From the NCBI GenBank assembly GCA_041554135.1, contig JBFFML010000008.1, positions 1,119 to 65,118 on the forward strand: 64,000 bases of DNA, in the 5' to 3' direction. The stretch's first letter is position 1, and the number at the start of each line of letters is the position of its first letter. The position numbers were made by a program, and so were the translations under genes. Positions 19,388 to 29,200 of the stretch are shown piece by piece. The DNA is from Thermoplasmata archaeon. Lineage in GTDB: Archaea; Thermoplasmatota; Thermoplasmata; UBA10834. The notes below the pieces were generated by a model. It saw only the letters and a program-made list of their open reading frames with translations. It did no database searches and was not told the DNA's origin.

Positions 19388-20386
19388 TCAACGGCTAACA
19401 TCGTCCCGGTAGATATGTGTTCCAACGCCGGACTCCAGGGCGTCGACGAGCCTCTCCGTCGCGGTGATGACGACCTCGTCGCCCCCGTTCTCCAGGAATC
19501 GTATGGCCGCGAGCACCTTTGGCCCCATCGTCCCCGGGGGGAACTGCCCCTCCGCGTACAGCGCCTTGACCTCCGAGAGCGTCGTGCTCCTCAGGGCCCT
19601 CTGGGTCGGCTTGCCGTAGTCCACGAACACATGTTCCACGTCCGTCGCTATGACGAAGAGCCGCTCCCTGATACTGTTGGCGAGCATGGCCGCGGCGAGG
19701 TCCTTGTCGACGACGGCCTCGACGCCGACGTAGCGACCGCCCTTCCTCATGACTGGCACTCCCCCGCCTCCGCAGGCGATGACCACCTCGGACTGGTCCT
19801 CGCCGCCGAAGATGAGCCTGCGTACGGGGCTGCTCTCGACTATCGCGATCGGGTCGGGCGACGGGACGAGCCGCCTCCACCCACCGCGCCGCTTGTCGAG
19901 GGACATGATCCAGCCGCGCTCCTTCTCCATCTGTCTCGCGTCCTCCTCGGAGTAGTACTTGCCTATGGGCTTGGAGGGGTTGGAGAATGCGGGGTCGTTC
20001 TCGGACACGACGACCTGCGTGATCAGCGACACGGCGATCTTCCTCATGCTCCGGGCGACGAACTCGGACGAGAGTGCCTGCTGCAACATGTAACCTATCT
20101 GTCCCTGGCTCTCGGCGACGCACACGTCGAGTGCGTTCGGCGTCACCTCGCCCCTGGCGATCTCGGCCCTGAGGAGTATGTCGCCCACCTGAGGGCCGTT
20201 CCCGTGGGTTATGACTATGTCGTAGCCCTTCTCGATGAGGTCGGCGAGGCCCCTTGCGGTGACGGCGACGTGCTTCATCTGATTCTCCTGCGTCAGGGCG
20301 TCGCCAGGTCGCAGTATCGCGTTGCCTCCTATCGCTATGACCGCGGTCTTCAGCACTGGGGCCTCCTCGATGGAAGGCAATTCCAT
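19388..20386 (-). CDS. arcC: Carbamate kinase
   Basis: ORF 19388..20602 trimmed to ATG 20386 (MELPSIEE). Motifs: AVIAIGGNAIL, VITHGNGPQVG and ACGGGGVPV. The stop lies 4 nt from the DRG start. Confidence 0.85.
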   Translation of the reverse strand: MELPSIEEAPVLKTAVIAIGGNAILRPGDALTQENQMKHVAVTARGLADLIEKGYDIVITHGNGPQVGDILLRAEIARGEVTPNALDVCVAESQGQIGYMLQQALSSEFVARSMRKIAVSLITQVVVSENDPAFSNPSKPIGKYYSEEDARQMEKERGWIMSLDKRRGGWRRLVPSPDPIAIVESSPVRRLIFGGEDQSEVVIACGGGGVPVMRKGGRYVGVEAVVDKDLAAAMLANSIRERLFVIATDVEHVFVDYGKPTQRALRSTTLSEVKALYAEGQFPPGTMGPKVLAAIRFLENGGDEVVITATERLVDALESGVGTHIYRDDVSR

Positions 20387-20476
20387 TGAAAGGGGCCTAT
20401 ATAAGTCTTGCCACCGTACCCTCGTGGGCCGATACCAGCCAAGCATTTTTATGCAACGAGCAAGTTGCCTCCGACG

Positions 20477-21496
20477 ATGGAAACCGGGTCCTCGGGCGCC
20501 CCTGCGGATTGGCTGATTAAGCTCATCAAGGAGCAGTACAGCAATTTCAAGAAGACTAAGTACACGGCGCCGGTCGCGATAGGCATCACGGCCATCATAC
20601 ACTACCTGATGCTCACATACATGCTGGGGTCCTGTTGGCTCGGCCTGTTGCCCCCGCTCATAATGTTCGGCCTCATGTGGAACTTCGATATCAAGAGGGT
20701 GCGCAAGCTCCTCGTGTACGGCTTCATCGGGTGCACGCTACTGCTCGTGATATCGACGGTCTTCCTGGTCTCGATGTTCCAGGCAATCGAGCCCATAGCC
20801 GCACGGAGCGCGGAGGCGGACCCCATACTGTACGACGGCTACGTTGATCCCATGAACGGCGACACTTCCACGCTGTTCACGTACTCGATCACCGCGAAGC
20901 TGACGAACGAGTCGTGGAACATATCCGAGATGCGCGTGTTAATCAGATGGGTCGACGGCGACCGCAACGAGTCGATGACCCTCGCGGGGTCGAACGCGAG
21001 CTCCATGGAGCACTACTACGTCTACCAGACGACCATCTCGGAGCCGTACAACGTGTACGAGTTCCGCGCCAACATCAGCGGCATGGACGCCAACTACACA
21101 TGGATACAGGCGACGGATTACGACGAGGCGGGCCAGCGGTTGTACATCCTGGGCCCGATCTCGTCGGACCCGTGGAGCATCGGCCTCTGGGTCCTACGCT
21201 ACATAACCGTGCTGCAGACATACACGCAGTTCTTCCCGATATATGCCATCATCTGTGGCATGGTCTGGTGGATCAGGCGCGCCAGGCGCATGAGGGAGAA
21301 GGCCTTGCAGGAGTGGGAGAAGAAGCGCCAGGAGATGGAGGTCAAGGCCCCTGTCGACGACACGCGCGGCACGCCCAGCATGGCGAGGGCGATGGGGCTC
21401 GAGAAGGAGCCCGAGACCTTCGTGTGCTCCGAGTGCGGCGCGGACGTGCCGGCGGACGCGAAGACCTGCCAGTCCTGCGGCGAGAAGTTCGACTGA
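20477..21496 (+). CDS. Membrane protein with C-terminal cytoplasmic zinc ribbon
   Basis: Start at ATG 20477 (METGSSGAP). There are several hydrophobic helices, a sequon-rich middle domain and a C-terminal CSECGADVPADAKTCQSCGEKFD. Confidence 0.55.
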   Translation: METGSSGAPADWLIKLIKEQYSNFKKTKYTAPVAIGITAIIHYLMLTYMLGSCWLGLLPPLIMFGLMWNFDIKRVRKLLVYGFIGCTLLLVISTVFLVSMFQAIEPIAARSAEADPILYDGYVDPMNGDTSTLFTYSITAKLTNESWNISEMRVLIRWVDGDRNESMTLAGSNASSMEHYYVYQTTISEPYNVYEFRANISGMDANYTWIQATDYDEAGQRLYILGPISSDPWSIGLWVLRYITVLQTYTQFFPIYAIICGMVWWIRRARRMREKALQEWEKKRQEMEVKAPVDDTRGTPSMARAMGLEKEPETFVCSECGADVPADAKTCQSCGEKFD

Positions 21497-21546
21497 TTCA
21501 TTCTTAGAAGGCTAGGCGCATCGCCTGTCACGGGCTCTTGGCCGCG

Positions 21547-21918
21547 TCATCCATGTATGAGGTCCTTCCTCACGAGAACGAGAGACACGGCGATTACCGC
21601 GGCCGGTATCACGCCGGCGCCCGCCGACGGCTGGACCGCCACGAACGCCCACAGGTCGAAAACGACCGTATAGGCGCTGACGACCATGGTGCCCCAGAAC
21701 CCCCAGGGTCTGCGGAGATACACGCCTGGCAGCGTCAGCAGCCCGGCGACGCCTATGGCGAGGAAGCTGTAGATGACTATCGCCTCGACGATAGCGGACT
21801 GCTCCTCCTCGAACTCCATGCTGCCCGTCACGCCCAGGTAGAAGATCGCCATCCTAGCGACGTAGTACACCGCGGCGAACAGCATGACGAGCGTGAGGAA
21901 GGCCGTCTTGCGCTCCAT
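21547..21918 (-). CDS. Small integral membrane protein
   Basis: Start at ATG 21918 (MERKTAFLTLVMLFAAVYY). Four hydrophobic segments. No family recognised. Confidence 0.5.
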   Translation of the reverse strand: MERKTAFLTLVMLFAAVYYVARMAIFYLGVTGSMEFEEEQSAIVEAIVIYSFLAIGVAGLLTLPGVYLRRPWGFWGTMVVSAYTVVFDLWAFVAVQPSAGAGVIPAAVIAVSLVLVRKDLIHG

Positions 21919-22086
21919 CGTACGTGTGTAGCGGTGGCCGATTATTACATCTTTCCCCCTCCGCGAGGGCGGAGCCAGGGTCCGGAGCCGCACAACACCT
22001 TTTTATTCTGGGAATCCATTTCGAGCAACTGGGATGCACGCGGGACACACTGACCGCTTTTGGATTCCTTGTGGAGGCGGGATCGT

Positions 22087-24075
22087 TTGGCATCGATAGC
22101 CCATGAACTGGCGAAGAAGCAGAAGGAGATCTCCGTCTCCGAGTTCTTCGAGAAGAACAAGCACATACTCGGTTTCGATTCGCTCACCAGGGCGCTCATC
22201 ACGGCGGTGAAGGAGTCCGTCGACAACAGCCTCGACGCCTGCGAGGACGCTGGTATACTGCCGGACATCTTCGTCCAGGTGACGAAGGAGAACAACAACG
22301 AGTACCGCGTCGTCTGCGAGGACAACGGCCCGGGCATCGTGAAGAAGCAGGTGCCCAACATATTCGGCAGGCTGCTCTACGGTTCCAGGTTCCACACGAG
22401 GGCGCAGCGCAGGGGGCAGCAGGGCATCGGGGTATCGGCCGTGGTCATGTACGCCCAGATAACCACGGGGAAGCCCGCGAAGGTGAAGTCGAAGATATCG
22501 GACGAGGACGTCGCGCACGAGTGCGAGCTCGTCATGGACACGAAGAAGAACCGCGCCCAGGCGACCAAGGAGGACTTCGTGATCTGGGACAAGGAGCACG
22601 GCACGCGCCTGGAGGTCAACCTCAAGGGCAAGTACGTGCAGGGCAAGCAGTCCATCTTCGAGTACCTCAAGGGCGTGGCGATCGTCAACCCGCACGCGCG
22701 CATCACGTTCGTACCGCCCGACGGCGGGAGCATGGTCTTCGAGCGGTCCACGGAGGAGATGCCTCCGCCCACGAGGGAGATCAAGCCGCACCCGGAGGGC
22801 GTGGAGCTCGGCGAGCTGCTGACGATGGCGAAGTACACGGAAGCGAAGAAGATGACCAGCTTCCTGAACACGGAGTTCTCCAGGATATCGCTCAGGGTGG
22901 CGCGGGAGATACTCGACCACGCCGGCGTGCCACACGAGCAGAGGCCGACGAAGCTCACGCTCGACCAGGCGGGCGCCATCGTGGACGCCGTCCACAAGGT
23001 CAGGATAATGGCGCCCGAGACCGACTGTCTCTCGCCCATCGGGGAGGGGCTGATAAGGAAGAGCCTGAAGAACGTCCTCGGCGACCTGAAGGCGTCCTTC
23101 TACGCCCCGCCCATCACGAGGGAGCCTAAGGTCTTCGGCGGCAACCCGTTCGTGGTGGAGGTGGGCATCGTGTACGGCGGGCAGCTGAACAAGGAGGAGG
23201 CCGTGCAGATCCTCAGGTTCGCCAACCGCGTACCGCTCATGTACCAGCAGGGCGCGTGCGCGACGACCCAGGCGATCGAGAACGTCGATTGGAGGAGGTA
23301 CGGGCTCGAGCAGCGCGGGGGGAAGGGCATACCCTACGGCCCCGCGATAATATTCGTCCACGTCGCGTCGACGAAGATACCTTTCACGTCGGAATCGAAG
23401 GAGGCCATCGCGAACGTGCCCGAGATACGCGAGGAGATAGAGCTCGCCCTGAAGGCCTGCGCTCGCAAGCTGAAGACGCATCTCAACAAGGCCGAGAGGA
23501 AGAGCAAGACGCGCGTGAAGTTCGAGATCGTCCAGGACATAATACCGATGATCGCGCAGAAGAGCGCGAAGATCGTCGGCAAGCCCGTGCCGGACATAGC
23601 GGGCACGATAACGAAGATCATGAACGTCGTGTGGGTGGAGGACGAGGCGGCCTTCGAGAAGAAGCGGCACCGCGTGTCCGTGAAGCTGTACAACTACACG
23701 CCGAAATCGCAGAAGCTGCAAGTGCACATGGTCCTGCCGTTCGACAAGGTGGACGAGAAGACGCTCAGCCTGCGGCCCGAGGAGGTCAGGGACGGCACCA
23801 AGGTGACATGGAAGGTCGACAGGATCGCGTCCACGGACGTGTTCGAGCTGGCGTTCGACATGAAGGGGCTGGGCGCGGACGAGTACGACGACAACGAGAT
23901 CTACGTGAGCGGCATCGACCCCGCGTCCGTGATAGGCGCCGACGTGCTGCCTGGCGACTGGGACCTCGAGCATGTGAAGATCACCGAGGAGGGGGTCGCC
24001 GAGGCGGAGGACATGGCGGACAACGGCGAGGTGGACTACGACGAGGGGGCGGAGGTGATAGAGGATGAAGAATGA
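22087..24075 (+). CDS. top6B: DNA topoisomerase VI subunit B
   Basis: ORF 22060..24075. N-terminus [31 protein letters not shown]. Bergerat ATPase motifs: [17 protein letters not shown] and GQQGIG. Start proposed at TTG 22087 because GGAGG (22073-22077) lies 9 nt upstream; TTG 22060 is also possible. The C-terminal tail is acidic. Confidence 0.9.
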   Translation: MASIAHELAKKQKEISVSEFFEKNKHILGFDSLTRALITAVKESVDNSLDACEDAGILPDIFVQVTKENNNEYRVVCEDNGPGIVKKQVPNIFGRLLYGSRFHTRAQRRGQQGIGVSAVVMYAQITTGKPAKVKSKISDEDVAHECELVMDTKKNRAQATKEDFVIWDKEHGTRLEVNLKGKYVQGKQSIFEYLKGVAIVNPHARITFVPPDGGSMVFERSTEEMPPPTREIKPHPEGVELGELLTMAKYTEAKKMTSFLNTEFSRISLRVAREILDHAGVPHEQRPTKLTLDQAGAIVDAVHKVRIMAPETDCLSPIGEGLIRKSLKNVLGDLKASFYAPPITREPKVFGGNPFVVEVGIVYGGQLNKEEAVQILRFANRVPLMYQQGACATTQAIENVDWRRYGLEQRGGKGIPYGPAIIFVHVASTKIPFTSESKEAIANVPEIREEIELALKACARKLKTHLNKAERKSKTRVKFEIVQDIIPMIAQKSAKIVGKPVPDIAGTITKIMNVVWVEDEAAFEKKRHRVSVKLYNYTPKSQKLQVHMVLPFDKVDEKTLSLRPEEVRDGTKVTWKVDRIASTDVFELAFDMKGLGADEYDDNEIYVSGIDPASVIGADVLPGDWDLEHVKITEEGVAEAEDMADNGEVDYDEGAEVIEDEE

Positions 24076-25165
24076 GGAGCGGCACCTGAGGGCCGTCGAC
24101 AAGCTCACGGAGCTCGCCGAGGACGTCTACAAGCAGATAGACCAGCGCAAGATCCCCAAGATGTCGATACCGCTCCGCACGAAGAGCAACATCAGGTTCG
24201 ACAGGCGCTCAGGCGTGTGGAAGTACGGCAAGTCGACCGGCGTCCGCTCGGCGAAGAAGCTCACGGGCGCGCAGATGCTCCTGCGCACCATGTACATGCT
24301 CGAGTTCATGGAGGACATGATCAAGAACAACAAGAGCTCCACGCTGAGGGAGATGTACTACATCTCCGAGGGCTGGGAGAAGGCGAAGTTCTCCACCCAG
24401 GACGAGTCGAACATGCTGGCGGAGGACCTCGAGATCATCACCACGTGCATGCGCGAGGACTTCAAGCTCAGGCCCGAGGAGGACGGCGCGAGGGTCATGG
24501 GCAACATAACGATCGAGGAGACGGACAGGAAGGGCAAGAAGAAGAGGATCAACTGCAGGGACGATGTCGGCGACTCGGGGTACGGCATACCGTACAACGT
24601 CGAGAAGGAGAAGATATCGTTCGTTGACTGCGACGCCGACATGGCCGTGGCGATCGAGACGGGCGGTATGTTCGACAGGCTGGTCGAGAACAGGTTCGAC
24701 GAGGAGTACAACGCCGTGCTCATACATCTCAAGGGCCAGCCCGCGAGGAGCACGCGCAGGTTCATCAAGAGGCTCAACGAGGAGATGAAGCTCCCTGTCT
24801 GCGTCTTCGTGGACGGCGACCCGTGGAGCTTCAGGATACACGCGTCCCTCGCCTACGGAGCGATCAAGACGGCGCATCTGTCGGAGTACCTGGCGACGCC
24901 GAGCGCGGAGTACATCGGCATAACCGCCTCGGACATCCTCAACTACGACCTGCCGACGGACAAGCTGAGCGACAGGGACATCCAGGCGTTGAACGCGGAG
25001 AAGTCCGACCCCAGGTTCAACGACCAGTTCTGGAAGCACGAGATAGACCTGATGCTCGAGATAGGCAAGAAGGCGGAGCAGCAGGCGCTGGCGAAGTACG
25101 GCCTGGACTTCGCGACGGACACGTATCTGCCGGAGAAGCTCACCGAGCTGGGCATCATGAAGTAG
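24065..25165 (+). CDS. top6A: DNA topoisomerase VI subunit A (Spo11 family)
   Basis: ATG 24065 overlaps the top6B stop by 11 nt. Motifs: [10 protein letters not shown] and [10 protein letters not shown]; Toprim motif [12 protein letters not shown]. Confidence 0.92.
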   Translation: MKNEERHLRAVDKLTELAEDVYKQIDQRKIPKMSIPLRTKSNIRFDRRSGVWKYGKSTGVRSAKKLTGAQMLLRTMYMLEFMEDMIKNNKSSTLREMYYISEGWEKAKFSTQDESNMLAEDLEIITTCMREDFKLRPEEDGARVMGNITIEETDRKGKKKRINCRDDVGDSGYGIPYNVEKEKISFVDCDADMAVAIETGGMFDRLVENRFDEEYNAVLIHLKGQPARSTRRFIKRLNEEMKLPVCVFVDGDPWSFRIHASLAYGAIKTAHLSEYLATPSAEYIGITASDILNYDLPTDKLSDRDIQALNAEKSDPRFNDQFWKHEIDLMLEIGKKAEQQALAKYGLDFATDTYLPEKLTELGIMK

Positions 25166-25166
25166 C

Positions 25167-26126
25167 TCAGCCGCTCCACGAGCACAGGTTGTCGCCCGTG
25201 CCGGAGGTGAGTCCTGAGCTGCCCATCCACATCATGCGCTCCAGTGTCTGCGTCACCACGTACTTCCTCGAGAGGGCGAGGTCGACCGCACGCCGCCTCA
25301 TAGCTGGGACGGCCATCAGCACCTCCGGGCATTCCTCCTCCGCCGCAAGGTCCTCCGCCGCCGAGAGCAGGCGCTCGAGCACTATCTCGCCGTAGCCGGG
25401 CCTGACGCCGACACATCTCGTCGCCGCGCCGGCCATGCCCTCCCTCCTCAGGGCCGTGTGGACCGTGCAGAACCCGCAGACCTTGCTGTCGTACTTCGCG
25501 AAGAGCGTGTCGCCGAGCGAGTATTTCTCGGTGACACCGGCCTCCACCGAGTAGTCCAGGCCCGGATGGAGCGAGTTCGATATCTCCTTCATCCTTGCGA
25601 GCATGTAGTCCCTCGAACGGGCCTCGGAGAACCGCTCGATAGACACCGACGCCGACGACGGTGACGGGCGGTGCTTCTCGAGGCTCTTGCCTAAGACGAC
25701 TACAAGGCCCTCCGGTCGCAGGCCCACCTTGAGGTACAGCCCTATGTTGGACGACAGCTCCGGCATGGTCTCGAGACCGATGTCGGCGCAGTTCCTGTCC
25801 TCGAGGTATCTGAGGGACGACTTGAGCAGCGCCTTGCCGACGCCCATGTCCTGATACGACGGCAGGACGGATATGGGGCCCACCCAACCGGTCTTGCCCC
25901 AGATGTGCGAGAAGCTGGTGCCCACGATGCCTGCGCGCTCCTCCACCGCCACCATCGCGCCTTCAGGGTCCATGTGGAGGTACGACAGCACGTTCGATTC
26001 CGTCCTGGGCGTGACCTTGGACATGTCGGGGTAGATCCTCTTGACGAGATCCTCCCACGCAAGCGCGTCCACCCTTCGGACGTTCTCCATATCGTCGACG
26101 CGCATCTGGCGGACAACTACGGCCAT
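25167..26126 (-). CDS. GNAT-family N-acetyltransferase (two-domain)
   Basis: MAVVVRQMRVDDMENVRRVD. The acetyl-CoA loop is SVLPSYQDMGVGKALL. A second GNAT-like/C-terminal domain follows. Confidence 0.7.
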   Translation of the reverse strand: MAVVVRQMRVDDMENVRRVDALAWEDLVKRIYPDMSKVTPRTESNVLSYLHMDPEGAMVAVEERAGIVGTSFSHIWGKTGWVGPISVLPSYQDMGVGKALLKSSLRYLEDRNCADIGLETMPELSSNIGLYLKVGLRPEGLVVVLGKSLEKHRPSPSSASVSIERFSEARSRDYMLARMKEISNSLHPGLDYSVEAGVTEKYSLGDTLFAKYDSKVCGFCTVHTALRREGMAGAATRCVGVRPGYGEIVLERLLSAAEDLAAEEECPEVLMAVPAMRRRAVDLALSRKYVVTQTLERMMWMGSSGLTSGTGDNLCSWSG

Positions 26127-26262
26127 CTACGGCTCCTTCCCCCGTCGGCATTGGGTGCCATTCACTCACCTAATGGCGTCGTAGAATATCAATATGGAGT
26201 ATGGCGCCCGCGGCGTGATTGCAGACCTGTTATATCATATGAGCAAGATTCACCTCGATGCC

Positions 26263-27144
26263 ATGGACATGCGACCAGAGTGCGTGCCGTGCCTCATCAG
26301 GAGGGTGGTCTTCGAGACCGAGGAGATCGGCAGCGAGAAGGCTGTCGAGACGACGAGGGAGGCGGCCCGCATCCTTGGGGAGCTGTTCGGGTCCAACGTG
26401 TGCTCGGCCCACATCGCCACCGTGGTGCACAGGGAGGTCTACAGGCTCCTCGGGACGGACGACCCCTACAAGGACCTGAAGAGGCGGAGCAACGAGGTCG
26501 TGCTCGACCTCTATCCTGAGGCCGAGAGGTTCGTCGAGGGATCGGACGACAGGCTCTGGGCGGCGCTCCTCTGCGCCGTGGTCGGCAACGTGCTGGATTT
26601 CGGCATAGGGACGGAGTTCGACGGGCCTGAGCTGCTTCAGGACAGGTTCAGACACCTGCTGGCCGAAGGGCTCGGCCACGACGACACCCCGGCCGTGCGC
26701 GAGATGCTCGAGCGCGTGGAGGATGTCGTGTATCTCGTGGACAACTGCGGCGAGATCGTGCTCGACAGGCTGGCGCTGAAGGAGATAGCGTCGTTCGGCG
26801 TGCGCGTAACGCTGGTGGTGAAGGGCGAGCCGATACTCACGGACGCGACGATGGAGGACATCGCGGGCCTGGGGATGGAGGACATCGTGGACGAGATCGT
26901 CGAGGCGCCCGGCTTCGCGGTCGGCATCGGCGTCGACGCGCTGGCCGGCGGCTTCGGCAGGCGGCTGAGGGAGGCCGACCTCATAGTCGCCAAGGGCATG
27001 GCCAACTACGAGGCGTTGTCGGACACGGACATCGGCCCCGTGGCGTACCTCCTGCGCACCAAGTGCTCCCCCGTGGCGGAGAGCATCGGGCTGGCCAAGG
27101 ACATAAACGCGGTGAAGCTGTTGCCGAAGGGAGGAGTGCGCTGA
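26263..27144 (+). CDS. DUF89 (ARMT1-like damage-control phosphatase) family protein
   Basis: ORF 26194..27144. MRPECVPCLIRR, VDNCGEIVLD and KGMANYEAL are typical of DUF89. Start at ATG 26263 is favoured because TTATATCA (26230-26237) sits about 27 nt upstream, which would make it leaderless. ATG 26194 and ATG 26239 are alternatives. Confidence 0.65.
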   Translation: MDMRPECVPCLIRRVVFETEEIGSEKAVETTREAARILGELFGSNVCSAHIATVVHREVYRLLGTDDPYKDLKRRSNEVVLDLYPEAERFVEGSDDRLWAALLCAVVGNVLDFGIGTEFDGPELLQDRFRHLLAEGLGHDDTPAVREMLERVEDVVYLVDNCGEIVLDRLALKEIASFGVRVTLVVKGEPILTDATMEDIAGLGMEDIVDEIVEAPGFAVGIGVDALAGGFGRRLREADLIVAKGMANYEALSDTDIGPVAYLLRTKCSPVAESIGLAKDINAVKLLPKGGVR

Positions 27145-27146
27145 CG

Positions 27147-28208
27147 ATGATCGACCGAATACGCTACAGAGGCTACGCCGTCAAACGCAGGAACGTGTTC
27201 CGCATCGCCACGTGCGCGTCCGATGTCGAGGACAACATAGTCGTGAGGGTGGATTCCGGGGACGAGTTCGGCGTGGGCAACGCGTCGCCGAGCGATGTCA
27301 CGAACGAGACGAAGGAGTCGATCGAGGCGTTCATGTTCGCGTCCGCCAAGCGACTCCGGGGCGTCGACGAGGACGACATCCCGTCCCTGCACACCGCGCT
27401 CGAGTCCATCGCGCCCGGCAACACGGCCGCGAAGGCGGCGATAGACATGGCCGTGCACGACCTGGTGTCCAAGCGCGATGGAAGGCCGTTGTACAGGACC
27501 CTCGGAGGGGAGGGCGACGGACGTGCGCTCACGGACATGACCGTGGGGATCGAGGACGAGGAGGAGACCGTCCGGCGGGCCGTCGCGAGCGTTAACGATG
27601 GTTTCAGGGCGCTCAAGCTCAAGGTCGGGCTCGACCTCGGACAGGACATCCGCCGCGTCGCCGCCGTGCGCGACGCGGTAGGTCCCGGCGTGGAGCTGAG
27701 GGTCGACGCGAACCAGGGCTACGACGTCGAACAGGCGGTTGCGTTCTGCGAGGAGATGGGCTCCCTCGGGGTCTCGCTCGTCGAACAGCCGGTCGACGCA
27801 GACGACCATGCCGGCCTCAAGACGGTGAAGGCGCGCAGCCCGGTGCCGATCATGGCGGACGAGTGCCTCAAGACGATCGAGGACGCGGAGAGGGTCGCCG
27901 CGGACGGCTCGGCCGACATAATCAACATCAAGCTCATGAAGAGCGGTGGCATCCACCCGGCGAGGGCGATAGACGCCATCGCGAGGGACGCTGGGATACC
28001 GACGATGATCGGCTGCATGGGCGAGATACAGCTGTCGATCGCCGCGGGCCTCCACTTCGCGCTGAGCTCGGGCAACGTGAGGTATGTCGACCTGGACTCC
28101 CACTTCTCGATGGTCGATGACCCCTCGTCGGGGCTAACGTTCGATGACGGCCTCATAGGCGTCTCGGACAGGCCGGGCCTGGGCGTCAGTACCGGGATGG
28201 ACGACTGA
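27147..28208 (+). CDS. Enolase-superfamily dipeptide epimerase (L-Ala-D/L-Glu epimerase-like, MLE subgroup)
   Basis: Start at ATG 27147, 2 nt after the DUF89 stop. Catalytic and metal ligand pattern: ALKLKVG, RVDANQGY, LVEQPV, MADECL and INIKLMKSGG. Confidence 0.8.
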   Translation: MIDRIRYRGYAVKRRNVFRIATCASDVEDNIVVRVDSGDEFGVGNASPSDVTNETKESIEAFMFASAKRLRGVDEDDIPSLHTALESIAPGNTAAKAAIDMAVHDLVSKRDGRPLYRTLGGEGDGRALTDMTVGIEDEEETVRRAVASVNDGFRALKLKVGLDLGQDIRRVAAVRDAVGPGVELRVDANQGYDVEQAVAFCEEMGSLGVSLVEQPVDADDHAGLKTVKARSPVPIMADECLKTIEDAERVAADGSADIINIKLMKSGGIHPARAIDAIARDAGIPTMIGCMGEIQLSIAAGLHFALSSGNVRYVDLDSHFSMVDDPSSGLTFDDGLIGVSDRPGLGVSTGMDD

Positions 28209-28315
28209 ACGCCCGACGGGCGCGCCCTGGCGCGACGCCCGGATGGGGGACTCAGACCAGCAACGCTTATAGCCTGAATGCCCAATCCCAAGCCCGACAC
28301 GACCTGGCTGATCGT

Positions 28316-29179
28316 ATGCCGAAGAGGATAAGCGAGCTACGCAGTGCCGAGGAGAAGTTCCGGGCGCTCCTGAACAAGCGCGACGACATCAATTCGCAGG
28401 CGAACGCCATCAGGTCCGAGCGCGACAGCCTCAACGACCAGAAGAGGGGCCTGCAGGAGCAGGTGAGGGACGCGAGGGACCAGAGGGACGCCCTCGTGGC
28501 GGAGATGCGGGCGCACAAGGAACGTAGGGACGACCTCCAGCGCAAGGCGAAGGAGCTCATCGAGTTCAAGCGGAAGCTGAAGGGCAGGCCGCTGGGAGAC
28601 CTCAACGAGGAGATCCGCGCGATCCAGAAGGAGATCCACGAGCTGGAGCTGAAGCAGCAGACCGTGCCGATGACGATACCCAAGGAGCGAGAACTGCTCG
28701 ACAGCCTGAAACACAAGATGGAGGACCTCGAGAGGGTCAGGACGATTCTGTCGGAGCAGGAGAAGATCGCGAAGGAGATACACAACATCGACCAGAGCAT
28801 CGATGAATTGTTCAGGCGTGCGGACAAGGAGCACGAGGAGGTCGTGCGCCTGTCCGACGAGAGCCAGGTGTTCCACGACCGCGTCACCGCCCTCATGAGG
28901 GAGGTGGTCGGGCTCAAGGCCACCGCCGACAAGAAGCACTCCGACTTCGTCAAGCTGAGGGAGGAGGCCGACGCCGCTCACCGGAAGGCCACCGAGATGC
29001 GGGACAGGATCATCGAGATCAGGAGGGAGCGGCGGACCGCCAGGCTCGAGGAGGAGAGCTCCATCAAGGCGGTCAACGAGGCGACTCGCAAGGCGCTCGA
29101 CGACGAGGACAAGAAGGAGAAGGCCGTAGAGGAGGCCCTCCAGATGCTGCTCGACCGCAAGAAGGTCGAGATACGCTGA
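28316..29179 (+). CDS. Archaeal coiled-coil protein (COG1340-like)
   Basis: 287 aa of almost continuous heptad-like, charged sequence: ELRSAEEKFRALLNKRDDINSQANAIRSERDSLNDQKRGLQEQV. Confidence 0.6.
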   Translation: MPKRISELRSAEEKFRALLNKRDDINSQANAIRSERDSLNDQKRGLQEQVRDARDQRDALVAEMRAHKERRDDLQRKAKELIEFKRKLKGRPLGDLNEEIRAIQKEIHELELKQQTVPMTIPKERELLDSLKHKMEDLERVRTILSEQEKIAKEIHNIDQSIDELFRRADKEHEEVVRLSDESQVFHDRVTALMREVVGLKATADKKHSDFVKLREEADAAHRKATEMRDRIIEIRRERRTARLEEESSIKAVNEATRKALDDEDKKEKAVEEALQMLLDRKKVEIR

Positions 29180-29200
29180 GGTAGCCGCTGACCGGCGTCA

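Noticed and set aside
22003-24108. 701-aa minus-strand ORF covering the whole top6B locus
   Set aside because: It is antisense to an unambiguous topoisomerase VI B gene. Its translation is Arg/His/Leu/Val/Asp/Pro-rich low-complexity sequence with no motifs, which is the expected stop-poor antisense frame of GC-rich coding DNA.
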